Source of the DNA: Desulfobacterales bacterium | Lineage (GTDB): Bacteria > Desulfobacterota > Desulfobacteria > Desulfobacterales > UBA5852 | Direction: 5' to 3' | Assembly (NCBI GenBank): GCA_963674755.2 | Contig: CAXXVS010000003.1 | Coordinates: forward strand, 384,001 to 448,000 | DNA: 64,000 bases | Part shown: one piece after another, positions 40,180 to 50,048 of the stretch | Numbering within the stretch: the stretch's first letter is position 1 | Layout of the letters: every line of letters starts with the position of its first letter | The notes under the pieces: generated by a model | What the model was told of the DNA's origin: nothing | What the model saw: only the letters and a program-made list of their open reading frames with translations | The model's database searches: none | Made by a program: the position numbers and the translations under genes

Positions 40180-42024
40180 ATGACACCGCAAAATTCATCT
40201 GTCAGCCAAGCCATGGATGATACCCTTGCCGCCGACCACTCCGCTTCGCAGGATAAACCCTTTGCGCCACCCATCGACGGTGTAACCCAGCACAAAAAGG
40301 GCGGCATGAAGCAGCTGGCGGCTACGGCCATTTGTGGAAATGACATTACCTCCTCCTGCCTCTACGTTTCCGCCCTTGCGATTCTCTATGCCGGTCGCTG
40401 GGCGCCCGTTGCACTGCTGCTGGTTTCTGGAGTCCTCTATCTTTTCCGCTCCATTTATGCTGAGGTCGTGGGCGCCTTGCCGCTAAACGGAGGGGCTTAC
40501 AATGCGCTTCTCAATACGACCAGCAAATTCAGGGCATCCATTGCCGCTTGCCTGACGCTTCTCTCCTACATGGCGACGGCCGTCATATCGGCCAGCGAGG
40601 CCATGCATTACCTGAAGGCCATGTGGCCCGGATTCCCCGTGATCGAGGCCACCATCGGTATTCTGGCCTTTTTTATGGCGCTGACCATTATCGGGATTAC
40701 CGAGTCTTCACGGGTGGCGGTTTTTATTTTCATTTTTCACCTGGTAACGCTTGTGGTGCTGCTGGTTGCCGGTCTGGTTTATCTCGGCAATATCGGACCG
40801 GGCACGTTCGAAGCCAATCTCGCCATCCCCGAATCAGATGGCCTGGTCAATGCCATTTTTTTCGGTTTCGCCGCCTCATTGCTGGGTATTTCGGGCTTTG
40901 AGAGTTCTGCCAATTTCGTGGAAGAACAAGCCGAGGGCGTATTTCCCAAGACGCTGCGAAACATGTGGGTCGCCGTCACGATTTTCAATCCCGGGATGGC
41001 GTTTCTCGCTATGGCGATTGTGCCGATGCAGCAGGTCGCGGTCCACAAAGAGGCTTTGCTGGCGCATATGGGCGGTTTGTCCGGGGGTATCCTGCTGACC
41101 GATCTTATCTCTATCGATGCGGCGTTGGTGCTGAGCGGTGCCGTTCTGACCAGCTTTGTGGGTGTCAACGGGCTGGTAAGGCGTATGGCGCTGGATCGAT
41201 GCCTGCCGCAATTTTTTCTCAAAACCAATCGGCGCGGCACGACCCATCGTATTCTGATGTCTTTTTTCCTGCTGTCCGTTTCGGTGCTCCTGATCACCGA
41301 AGGGGAACTCAAGGCCCTGGCCGGTGTCTATACGATTTCGTTTCTATCGGTGATGGCGCTGTTTGCCCTGGGTAATCTCTTCCTGAAAACCAAGCGGGCG
41401 GGGCTGCCCCGGCCGACCGTCGCACCGCTGATGGGGGTATTGGTGGCCATAGGGGCCGTGGTCGCCGGACTGCTTGGCAATGCTGTCATGAATCCATCCT
41501 ATCTGGCGGTGTTTCTGGAGTATTTTATTCCCTCCGTCCTGCTGGTGGTGGTGATGCTGGGCCGCATCACCATCCTTCAGGCCTGCCTCTTTGTGGTCCG
41601 CTCGCTGCTGAAGTTTTTCATCAAGCGTATGATGGAGATCTCCCTTTTGATCCGCGGCAAGATCGATCAGATCAATTCGCAACAGATCGTTTTTTTCACC
41701 CGCGGCGACAACCTCTCCAATCTCAACCGCGCCATGCTGTATGTTCAGCAAAATGAGCACACCAACCGCATCAAAGTGGTGACGGTGGTCCGGGACCGCA
41801 CACAAGTATCGGCCAACCTAGAAAAAGACCTGGCCTTTCTCAACGAAGCCTATCCCAATATCGAAATTGAATTTGTCGTGCAGGTGGGAACATTCGGCCC
41901 CCAGCTCGTCAAAGAACTTTCCGCAAAATGGCATATACCGGCGAATTTAATGTTCATCGGTTCCCCGGGCACGCATTTTCTCTATGGCATCGCCGACCTC
42001 GGCGGGGTTCGCCTGATTATCTGA
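40180..42024 (+). CDS. APC-superfamily permease with cytoplasmic C-terminal domain
   Basis: About 12 TMs; GNDITSSCLY, NGGAYNAL, GISGFESSAN motifs; soluble alpha/beta tail. Confidence 0.85.
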   Translation: MTPQNSSVSQAMDDTLAADHSASQDKPFAPPIDGVTQHKKGGMKQLAATAICGNDITSSCLYVSALAILYAGRWAPVALLLVSGVLYLFRSIYAEVVGALPLNGGAYNALLNTTSKFRASIAACLTLLSYMATAVISASEAMHYLKAMWPGFPVIEATIGILAFFMALTIIGITESSRVAVFIFIFHLVTLVVLLVAGLVYLGNIGPGTFEANLAIPESDGLVNAIFFGFAASLLGISGFESSANFVEEQAEGVFPKTLRNMWVAVTIFNPGMAFLAMAIVPMQQVAVHKEALLAHMGGLSGGILLTDLISIDAALVLSGAVLTSFVGVNGLVRRMALDRCLPQFFLKTNRRGTTHRILMSFFLLSVSVLLITEGELKALAGVYTISFLSVMALFALGNLFLKTKRAGLPRPTVAPLMGVLVAIGAVVAGLLGNAVMNPSYLAVFLEYFIPSVLLVVVMLGRITILQACLFVVRSLLKFFIKRMMEISLLIRGKIDQINSQQIVFFTRGDNLSNLNRAMLYVQQNEHTNRIKVVTVVRDRTQVSANLEKDLAFLNEAYPNIEIEFVVQVGTFGPQLVKELSAKWHIPANLMFIGSPGTHFLYGIADLGGVRLII

Positions 42025-42175
42025 CCCAAGACAATATCGTCCCTGCTGGAGGCTCCACACAGCCCGTCTTTTGATCCACGTCCGTAGATTATTTTAGCGG
42101 CGTTGCCAAGGGCGGGCTACGCGGCCTACCGTGCCCTTGCCATCCGGGTGGCGCAGGTTGTGACCGTGTCGTGCG

Positions 42176-43498
42176 TTATGGCTGGAGGGCGTGCAGTCGG
42201 GGACTGACCGTGACGGGGTAGGCTTCATGGCGGTGGATGGTTTTGAAGCGCTCCGGGAGGCAAGCCGCCTGGGCTTCAAATCGCCGGCGGATTTCCTCCA
42301 GGGTGTTGGCGGGTTGCTGCCTGCGGCCGGCGCGCATCACCGCTGTCAGCAGGGGCCGCGTGCCGGGGATGGTCTCGTCCCGGCAGCCGATGACGTCTTT
42401 TTGATAGCGTCCCTGATCGTCCAGATAGCGAAAAACCTGCTTTTGGCCTGCCAGGGTGACCTTTCCCGGACTCAGTTTGCGGATATCCCGATTGCCCAAC
42501 CGCGCCAGTTTGTAGACGATATCCAGATAGGGGGCGTCGGCGGATACCCCCACCCGGGTGCCCACACCGAAAGCGTCGATGGGCGCGCCGGCTTTCACCA
42601 TCTCGGCGATCTTGAATTCATCGAAGTTGCTGCTGGCATAGATTTGCATGTCGGGCAAGCCGGCATCGTCTAGGATGCGGCGCACATCGCCGCTCAGGGT
42701 TTGCATGTCTCCGCTGTCCAGCCGTACCCCAAGCGCCCGGCGGCCCTGCTGCTGCATTTCTTTGGCCACAGTGGCGGCATTACGGGCACCGGTGAGGGTA
42801 TCATAGGTGTCGATCAGGAAGATGGTCGCCTCCGGGAAAGATGTCCCATAGGCTCGGAAAGCCTCCAGTTCGTTGTCGAAGGCGGTGACAAAAGCGTGCG
42901 CCATGGTTCCAGACACGGGGATGCCGAAGCGCTTGCCGGCCCGCACATTGCTGGTGGCCGCGAAGCCGGCAAGGTAGGTGCTGCGGGCGACATGATCGCC
43001 GGCATCCGGGCCGTGGGTGCGGCGCAACGCAAAATCGACCAGGGGGCGGCCCTGGGCCGCATGGGTGCAGCGGGCCGCCTTGGAGGCAATCAGCGAGGCG
43101 ATCCCCACGGTGTTTAAAACAAGGGTTTCGACCAGTTGGGCTTCGATGATCGGGGCGGTGATCTCCAGAAGGGGTTCATCGGGGAAATACAACGTGCCTT
43201 CCGGCATGGCATAGATGTCGCCGGTAAAGCGCAGCTCCCGGAGGGCGTCCAGGAAACCGGGATCAAACATGTTAAGCGATGTCAGGTATTCGAGGTCGTC
43301 TTCCTGAAAGCGGTAACGCTCCAATTCCTGTAGAACGGTTTCCAATCCGGCCGCCACGAAAAAATTGCGTTTGTGTTCGGGGTCTCGCACAAAAACCGAA
43401 AACGTGGCCTGGTCCTGAAGATGGTGTTTCCAGTAGCCGGCGGCCATGGTGATTTCATAAAGATCCGTCACGAGAGGACCGGCCAGAAAGGATGTCAT
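42176..43498 (-). CDS. pncB: Nicotinate phosphoribosyltransferase
   Basis: TDLYEITM, DFALRR, TSNV, GTMAH, IDTYD, GVRLDSGD, FGVGT, VYKL. Confidence 0.95.
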   Translation of the reverse strand: MTSFLAGPLVTDLYEITMAAGYWKHHLQDQATFSVFVRDPEHKRNFFVAAGLETVLQELERYRFQEDDLEYLTSLNMFDPGFLDALRELRFTGDIYAMPEGTLYFPDEPLLEITAPIIEAQLVETLVLNTVGIASLIASKAARCTHAAQGRPLVDFALRRTHGPDAGDHVARSTYLAGFAATSNVRAGKRFGIPVSGTMAHAFVTAFDNELEAFRAYGTSFPEATIFLIDTYDTLTGARNAATVAKEMQQQGRRALGVRLDSGDMQTLSGDVRRILDDAGLPDMQIYASSNFDEFKIAEMVKAGAPIDAFGVGTRVGVSADAPYLDIVYKLARLGNRDIRKLSPGKVTLAGQKQVFRYLDDQGRYQKDVIGCRDETIPGTRPLLTAVMRAGRRQQPANTLEEIRRRFEAQAACLPERFKTIHRHEAYPVTVSPRLHALQP

Positions 43499-43541
43499 GG
43501 CATTCGTTTCCCGGAAGAGTCATTTTGGCCGGGGAAAGACC

Positions 43542-44576
43542 TCATCGATCGAACCCGGGCCATTCGCTCAGGGGGGTCGTTGATTTGACCAGATGCATCC
43601 CGGCCTCGGCAAATTTTTGGAAGGCGCGGTCCGCCATCTCGGTATAGTCGATAACATCCGGTATGACCACCGGGGAAGTGCAATCCTCCAGCAGATAGAT
43701 CTTGTCGGCCAAAGGCTGCCCGCTGGCCTGGATTTCATTCAAAAGATCTTCGATGGTCCAGGCCACGCAGTGGCTTTTGGCCTGGCCGGCAATGATGACA
43801 GCGTCGAAGTTGAGCAGCTTCTGGATGAATTTGAAATTTTTAGTCCCGACCGTTTGGCCGTCCGGACCGGTTGTGATTTCAGGCTGCAATACCGAGTAGT
43901 TTTCGGTCAGGGGATGGCGTCCCTTGACCTGGAAATCGGCCTGGCTCAAGCGGCAGATGCCGTGGAAGAAAACGGCTTCCTCGACGGCCGACACCAGCGC
44001 GTGGCCAATGCCCCCCAGCATGGCATGATAGGGCCAGACGGTCAGGGCGTATTTGCCGCGGGATTGCAACTCGCGGGCGTAATGCGTGATGTAATGCTGG
44101 CCTTCCTCGGCGGTCAACTGAAGGCCCGGGGCCAGGGCGGAATTGAACCGCCAGACACCCCGTTCGATATCTTCAAAGGTTATGGTGGTAAAGGGCGCCG
44201 GATGACGCCCGTCCTTATCGATCAGAAAAATGCTGTGGAAGATCTGATGGGCCTGATGGGTATCCATGGTGGGACAAATTTCCGTCAGAGCCGCCAAGTT
44301 GCGATAGATAAATTCGCACACGCGCCGGTTGTCGTCCACCGCACCGCGTCCGCTCCGCCCGCCGACATAAAGCTCAAAGTCAGGCACACAAAAGGTGTTC
44401 TGAAGGTCCACCAGCATAAGGGAAACCCGAAAGGAATCATCAGCCGCCGCCGGTAGACGGTGCTGCCGGCGCCAGTCGGCGGCATCGTTCGCACGTTGCT
44501 GGTAGGGGACCCGCCAGACGGCATCAACCGATTGGGGGTCGAAGAAAGACGGTATGGGAAGCGTCTTCACGGACAT
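43542..44576 (-). CDS. Cysteine hydrolase, probable nicotinamidase (PncA-like, long form)
   Basis: VDLQNTF, TMDTH, WPYHA, VKG..ENYS, GQAKSHCV; directly upstream of pncB. Confidence 0.85.
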   Translation of the reverse strand: MSVKTLPIPSFFDPQSVDAVWRVPYQQRANDAADWRRQHRLPAAADDSFRVSLMLVDLQNTFCVPDFELYVGGRSGRGAVDDNRRVCEFIYRNLAALTEICPTMDTHQAHQIFHSIFLIDKDGRHPAPFTTITFEDIERGVWRFNSALAPGLQLTAEEGQHYITHYARELQSRGKYALTVWPYHAMLGGIGHALVSAVEEAVFFHGICRLSQADFQVKGRHPLTENYSVLQPEITTGPDGQTVGTKNFKFIQKLLNFDAVIIAGQAKSHCVAWTIEDLLNEIQASGQPLADKIYLLEDCTSPVVIPDVIDYTEMADRAFQKFAEAGMHLVKSTTPLSEWPGFDR

Positions 44577-44638
44577 GGCGGGCGGGCATCCTTGTTTAGA
44601 CAATTGAATAAGAGGGTTGGTGCTATCGATACAAATGC

Positions 44639-44742
44639 AATATGGGTGATATCCGTAAACCTGTCAACGCAAAGCGGGTAAGTCGGGATGACAACATCGA
44701 TCGAGGGTTTCTTTTGACATCGCCCGTATCAGCTTTTACCAT
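44639..44742. promoter_or_regulatory. Back-to-back sigma70 promoters for pncA-pncB (minus) and mntP (plus)
   Basis: Minus TTGACA(44667-44662)-N17-CATATT; plus TTGACA(44714-44719)-N17-TACCAT. Confidence 0.6.
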
Positions 44743-44791
44743 AAACAACCCTATTGAAATCGATTGCCGCTCTCCACTCGGGGCTCGCCAT

Positions 44792-45373
44792 ATGAGTTTG
44801 CTAAATATCATTGCAATTGCCGTTGCCCTGGCGATGGACGCCTTCGCCGTCGCTATCGCCACCGGCGTTCGTCTGAAACGCGTATCCCTGCGCCAGTTTT
44901 TTAGACTCGCCTGGCACTTCGGCCTCTTCCAGGCCATGATGCCCATTATTGGCTGGTCGGCCGGTCTGACGGTGCGGGGGAGCATCGAACGTTACGATCA
45001 CTGGATCGCGTTCGGCCTCCTGTCCTTTGTGGGGATCAATATGATCCGGGAAGCATTCAAGCTGGAGGAAGATGCCCGGAAAAAGCGTGACCCGACCCGT
45101 GGCCTGACCCTGGTGATGCTTTCCGTGGCCACCAGCATCGACGCTCTGGCGGTGGGTCTGACGATTTCCATGCTTAAAGTGGCCATCTGGTTTCCGGCCC
45201 TGGTGATCGGATTGGTGGCCGGCGCTTTCACCGTGGTGGGCCTTCATCTGGGGAAATCGGTGGGTTCGGCGGAACGCCTGAGCCCGGTGGCGGAGGTGCT
45301 GGGAGGACTCGTGTTGCTTGGCATTGGCGTCAATATTTTAGTCGAACACCAGGCCCTGGCATTTCTTTTTTAG
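44792..45373 (+). CDS. mntP: Manganese efflux pump MntP family
   Basis: ALAMDAFAV, FGLFQAMMP, DHWIAF, ATSIDALAVG. Confidence 0.92.
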   Translation: MSLLNIIAIAVALAMDAFAVAIATGVRLKRVSLRQFFRLAWHFGLFQAMMPIIGWSAGLTVRGSIERYDHWIAFGLLSFVGINMIREAFKLEEDARKKRDPTRGLTLVMLSVATSIDALAVGLTISMLKVAIWFPALVIGLVAGAFTVVGLHLGKSVGSAERLSPVAEVLGGLVLLGIGVNILVEHQALAFLF

Positions 45374-45376
45374 GCG

Positions 45377-45403
45377 CCCCGCTCCGATGGTTCCGGAGCG
45401 GGG
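45377..45403. terminator. Hairpin between convergent mntP and putA
   Basis: CCCCGCTCCG-N7-CGGAGCGGGG. Confidence 0.6.
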
Positions 45404-45427
45404 TCGGCATGCTACCGTTGGTTTGCG

Positions 45428-48400
45428 TTATTTCAAGATCGAGCGATCCCCCAAATTCCCATAGCGATGGTAGGTGTCGCAGATGCTCTGGTTCTGGCAG
45501 TAGTGCAGCAGTTCGATGCGGCCTTCCATCAGGACCGGCGTCCGGGCGATATAGAAGCCTCGTTTGGCGGCGGCTGCCAGGACGGCGGCCGGGACGCGTT
45601 CGGGGGCCGCGTAGCGGATACGCTGGACCACGGCCATGGAGGCGATCAGCGCCTCGTTCGATTGGCGCCTTACCACGGTATGCGCCGTGATCTCGTGGCC
45701 CTCCGGGGTGTCGAAAAAGGCGGTCACCCCATTGTCTAAATCGTCAGGAATGCTGATCAGCGGGATGTTGCCGGTGATCCGGGCCGCGGCCACCCGCGCC
45801 AGGACGTCGAACAGACGGTCTTCCGGATGCAGCCGGATGGCGATGGTACCCAGTGGCCGGTAGCGGTGAAGGTTGTCCTGGCCCCGCAGATGGAAGTAGT
45901 CTTTGGCCCGATTAAATTCCTGTTCGGCATGATAAAGGTAGCTTTTGATGGCGCGGATCGTTTTTTCAAGATCTTCTTTGTAGGCTCCCAGCTGGCCCCA
46001 AAGCAGTTTCCGTCGCCAGGCCAGCGCCATGCGCAATAGGGCATGTTCGCTTTGGAGCGCGCCGATGCGCGGCACTTCGACTTCTTCAAAGTTCATGAAC
46101 TGGGAGACATAGTTGGGGCCGCCGGCCTTGATGGCCGGCCCCAGAGCTGATTTGCCCATGCCGCCGAAAGGCTGCCGCAGGGTGATGGCCCCGGTGGTGC
46201 CCCGGTTGATATAGAGATTGCCGGCCCGGATCTTTTCCTTCCAGACGATGTGCTCCCGGGAATCGAGGCTTTCCAGGCCCGAGGTGAGACCATAGCCGGT
46301 CATATTCACCCGCTCGATGGCCTGCTCCAGGTTGTCGGCCGGCATGACCCCCAGCAGGGCGCCGAAAAACTCGGTATTATGGGTGTAGGAGCCGGGCTGT
46401 ACGCCGTATTTAATGCCTGGGGTCCACATATAGGGATTGTCCCCCTTCATTTCGGGCTTGAGGGCCCAGGTTTCCCCCGGCTCCAGCGTGGTCAGGGCTC
46501 GTTCCAGATCGCCCTGGGGAGGGTGGATCAGGGTGCCCATCTTGTTGGCGAAGTTCCAGGCCGAACCCACCCTGAAGCTGCGGGCGGCATCCACCAACTG
46601 GCGTTTGAAATCTTCGTCTTCATAGACTTCGCGCTCCAGGATCAGCAGCGAGGTGGCCGAACATTTCTGGCCGCTGTTGCCGAAGGCGGAATAGATGACA
46701 TTTTTGATGGCCTGGTCCCGGTCGGCCATGGCGGTTACGATGGTGGCGTTTTTGCCGCCGGTTTCCGCCGAGAGGTGCAGAGCGGGCTTTTGTTCGAGCA
46801 TTTGCATGCCGGTTTCGGTGCCGCCCGTCAGGATGACGTAGTCCACATCGTCGTGGCCGATCAGGTGGGCACCGGTGCTGCCCCCCGGACAGGGCAGGAA
46901 TTGCAGGGTATTGCGCGAAATGCCGGCCTGCCAGATGGCCTGGCAGAGCACCCAGGCGACCAGCACGGCATCCGAGGCGGGCTTGAAGATAACCGTGTTG
47001 CCGGCGGCCAGGGAGGCCATGATGCCGCCGCAGGGGATGGCGATGGGGAAGTTCCAGGGTGAAACCACCACACCCACCCCTTTGCCGGTGGCTTTGGTCC
47101 CCGAAAGTTCCGTAAAGGCGCGGGTCGAGAAGGGATAAAACTCCGCAAAATCGATGGCCTCCGAGACTTCCACGTCCGCTTCGGTGAAGACCTTGCCGGT
47201 ATTGGCGGCAGCCGCGCCGATCAGGTCGCCGCGGGCCCTGCGCAGCGCCATGGCCACCCGGGAGAGGGTCTCGTGGCGCTGGTCCGGCGACAGGCGGCGC
47301 CACCCGTCCGGGTCGGCCTTGGCCACGGCCACGGCCCGGTCGGCGTCCGCAGGGGTGGCCAATCGATAGGCGGCCACGACCACCTCTTGGGGTATCTGAT
47401 TGGGGTCTTGGCAGGTGTGCACCTCGCGGTCGTCGTAGATGTCATCGCCGCCGATCACCAGGGGAATGTCGATGGGCGCGTCGCCGGTGGATTTTTTCCA
47501 GCGGTCGCATATGGCCTGGGCCCATTCCCGGTTGGCGGCCAGAGACCAGTCCGTGTCGGCTTCGTTGTTGAATTCCCCCTCCCAATAGGTCCCCATTTTG
47601 GCGGGAAAGATCTCGTGACCGCGGTCCTGAATCCGGTTGGGGGTGCGGGGCGCCTTGTCCCGATGGGCGCAGGCCGCCTCGAACTGGTCTTTAAGAAAAC
47701 GCCATTCCTGGGATCCGGTGGTCAGACTGGGGGAATAGCGCAGGAAATTCTCCTCGCCCGTATTTTCATCCAGACGACGTACCAGATAGGCGATGGCGTT
47801 GATGAATTCCTCCCGGGCGGCCACCGGTGCATAGAGCAGCACCTCGCCGGTCATTTCCGATATGGCCCGCCGGACATGGTTGGCCATGCCCTCCAGCATT
47901 TCAAAAGAAAACCCGTCGGTGACCCGGTTGTGTTCCGCCACTTTGTAAGCATAGGCCAGCTCGAAAAGGTTGTGGGAAGCAATGCCCAGGTGAACGGCGC
48001 GCATGTTGTCGGGCTGCAGGCCGAAGTGGGCCATGCGCTTGTAGTTGGCATCCACGTCGCGCTTGTTGTCATAGGTGGCCAGGGGCCAGTTGAAAAGCGC
48101 CGATTCCACCAGCTCCATTTCCAGGTTGGCCCCCTTGACGATGCGGATCTTGATGGGGGCGCCGCCGGCATCCACGCGCTGCCGGGCCCAGGTGGTGAGT
48201 TCCTGCTGGATAGCAAAGGAATCGGGCAAATAGGCCTGGAGCACGATGCCGGCCGAGTGCTGTTTGAACTCTTCCTGGTCGAGGGTGCGGGTAAAGGCCT
48301 CCGTGGTAATCGCCAGATCCCGGTATTCCTCCATGTCGAGGTTGACGAATTTGGGAACCCGGCGGCCGTCCGAGTGTTCGAATTCATGGGCGGCCGCCGT

Positions 48401-49033
48401 CCGGTAGAGTTGCGCGAGGCGCTCCATCAGCACGCCCACGGTATGGTCGAAAGCCAGGGACTGGATTTGGGAATAAATGGTGGAGATTTTAACGGAAATA
48501 TATTCGATATTCGGGTTTTTGAGATCTTCGATATAGGTCTGGAGACGATGCCGGGCCTCTTCTTCCCCCAGCACGGCCTCCCCGAGGTGATTGATATTCA
48601 TGCGGATTCCCTGGCGCTTGCGCTTTTGCAAATGTGCCAGCAGCACATCCGGCTCCCCGGGAACAATGGCCCGCGCGCTGTCTTCCCGCATTTTTTCGAT
48701 CATCCGGGGCACGGAGATGCTCGGAATCAAGCGGCCCACAGAGAGAAAGAGGTGCATCAGGATCTTTTCGGTGGACGAAAAGAAGCCCGGAATACCGCGC
48801 CGTTTGAGCAGACTGCTGACCTGGTCGGCTACGCGGCGGTAATTTTCGCTGCGAAAACTCTGGTCGATCAGTTGGGTGAGGGTGATTTTGTCTTCCGGAT
48901 GGGTCAGCAGATGCTTGATCTGCTTCTGATACGCCTTTTCATCCTGCTTGAGCAGCTCGTCGGCCCGGTTTTGCCAGGCCTCGGCAAGCAGGATGGCCTC
49001 ACGCTGCAGGGTTTCTTCCGTGGCCGTTTGCAT
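45428..49033 (-). CDS. putA: Bifunctional proline dehydrogenase / P5C dehydrogenase
   Basis: PRODH: NHLGEAVLG, LDMEEY, QAYL, RIVKGAN, ASHN, FEMLEGM, AYLVRRLDEN. ALDH: SPWNFP, AETGGKN, SGQKCSA, GYGLTSG, QPFGG. No recognisable N-terminal RHH domain. Confidence 0.96.
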   Translation of the reverse strand: MQTATEETLQREAILLAEAWQNRADELLKQDEKAYQKQIKHLLTHPEDKITLTQLIDQSFRSENYRRVADQVSSLLKRRGIPGFFSSTEKILMHLFLSVGRLIPSISVPRMIEKMREDSARAIVPGEPDVLLAHLQKRKRQGIRMNINHLGEAVLGEEEARHRLQTYIEDLKNPNIEYISVKISTIYSQIQSLAFDHTVGVLMERLAQLYRTAAAHEFEHSDGRRVPKFVNLDMEEYRDLAITTEAFTRTLDQEEFKQHSAGIVLQAYLPDSFAIQQELTTWARQRVDAGGAPIKIRIVKGANLEMELVESALFNWPLATYDNKRDVDANYKRMAHFGLQPDNMRAVHLGIASHNLFELAYAYKVAEHNRVTDGFSFEMLEGMANHVRRAISEMTGEVLLYAPVAAREEFINAIAYLVRRLDENTGEENFLRYSPSLTTGSQEWRFLKDQFEAACAHRDKAPRTPNRIQDRGHEIFPAKMGTYWEGEFNNEADTDWSLAANREWAQAICDRWKKSTGDAPIDIPLVIGGDDIYDDREVHTCQDPNQIPQEVVVAAYRLATPADADRAVAVAKADPDGWRRLSPDQRHETLSRVAMALRRARGDLIGAAAANTGKVFTEADVEVSEAIDFAEFYPFSTRAFTELSGTKATGKGVGVVVSPWNFPIAIPCGGIMASLAAGNTVIFKPASDAVLVAWVLCQAIWQAGISRNTLQFLPCPGGSTGAHLIGHDDVDYVILTGGTETGMQMLEQKPALHLSAETGGKNATIVTAMADRDQAIKNVIYSAFGNSGQKCSATSLLILEREVYEDEDFKRQLVDAARSFRVGSAWNFANKMGTLIHPPQGDLERALTTLEPGETWALKPEMKGDNPYMWTPGIKYGVQPGSYTHNTEFFGALLGVMPADNLEQAIERVNMTGYGLTSGLESLDSREHIVWKEKIRAGNLYINRGTTGAITLRQPFGGMGKSALGPAIKAGGPNYVSQFMNFEEVEVPRIGALQSEHALLRMALAWRRKLLWGQLGAYKEDLEKTIRAIKSYLYHAEQEFNRAKDYFHLRGQDNLHRYRPLGTIAIRLHPEDRLFDVLARVAAARITGNIPLISIPDDLDNGVTAFFDTPEGHEITAHTVVRRQSNEALIASMAVVQRIRYAAPERVPAAVLAAAAKRGFYIARTPVLMEGRIELLHYCQNQSICDTYHRYGNLGDRSILK

Positions 49034-49181
49034 GGTGTTCTTCCTTTCTGAAGCGAATGGGTTGTGCTTTGGGAATATTCGGGTGCAGCTTTGTCGATCT
49101 TGATGGAAAGCTAAAGCTCCGCCGGAAATGTCGCAAGCCCCGAGTTCTCCAACCTTGGTATCCCAAAAGGGCGCGATTGGG

Positions 49182-49202
49182 ATTGTAATGGTTAAACCAT
49201 TA
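49182..49202 (-). promoter_or_regulatory. FadR/GntR-type operator upstream of putA, abutting a -10 box
   Basis: Perfect palindrome TAATGGT-TAA-ACCATTA (49186-49202); minus-strand TACAAT at 49187-49182. Confidence 0.75.
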
Positions 49203-49331
49203 AATTAAATTGTTTGCTTTAACCTTTAAGCGCCTCCGCACAGCCTCTCGTTCTCATTTTCGGGGGGCGCGCTTTCCGGCCGATATCCGTTTCCCAGCGC
49301 TACCTGCGGCCGATGCAGATCTTTGGTGTCT

Positions 49332-50045
49332 CTAGTGTTTGCCGCCTAGGTATGCATTCTGCACATCCGGATTGGACAGCAGGTTGGCGGCGGCGTCTTC
49401 CAAAACAATGTTGCCGACTTCCATCACATACCCGCGATGGGCCAGCTTCAGGGCGGCCCGGGCATTCTGCTCCACCAGAACAACAGTTACGCCGGCCTGG
49501 TTGATCTCGCGGATGGTATCGAAAATGGCTTTGACCAGAATCGGGGCCAGGCCCAGACTGGGCTCGTCGAGCAGCAGAATCTTGGGGGTGGCCATGAGGG
49601 CCCGCGCGATGGCCAGCATCTGCTGTTCCCCCCCGCTCAAGGTACCGGCCAGTTGGCCTGAGCGTTCCGCCAGACGGGGGAATAGTTCGAAAATCCACTT
49701 CAGGTTTCTTCGATTGCGATTCACGTCATTGGAGGTATAGGCGCCCAGGTTGAGATTTTCCTGTACGGTCAGGGTTCCGAAAACCCGCCGCCCCTCAGGG
49801 ACCTGGGCAATGCCGCGGGCCACGATGCCGTGGGCCGGAAGTTTGTGGATGGCCTCACCCTCGAACTGAATGGCCCCCTGGGTAATTTTCACCAACCCGC
49901 TGATAGCCATCAGAGTCGTGGATTTTCCGGCGCCGTTGGCGCCGAGAATCGTGACGATTTCACCTTCCTTGACCTTGATATCGATGCCGTGCAGGGCTTC
50001 CACATTGCCGTATTTTACATGCAGGTCTTCCACGTTCAGAATCAT
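49332..50045 (-). CDS. Liv-type ABC ATPase (LivF-like)
   Basis: GANGAGKST, VPEGRRVF, LSGGEQQMLA. Confidence 0.92.
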   Translation of the reverse strand: MILNVEDLHVKYGNVEALHGIDIKVKEGEIVTILGANGAGKSTTLMAISGLVKITQGAIQFEGEAIHKLPAHGIVARGIAQVPEGRRVFGTLTVQENLNLGAYTSNDVNRNRRNLKWIFELFPRLAERSGQLAGTLSGGEQQMLAIARALMATPKILLLDEPSLGLAPILVKAIFDTIREINQAGVTVVLVEQNARAALKLAHRGYVMEVGNIVLEDAAANLLSNPDVQNAYLGGKH

Positions 50046-50048
50046 GGG

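Noticed and set aside
44743..44791. yybP-ykoY Mn riboswitch expected upstream of mntP
   Set aside because: No recognisable consensus, and the predicted promoter leaves a leader of only about 45 nt.
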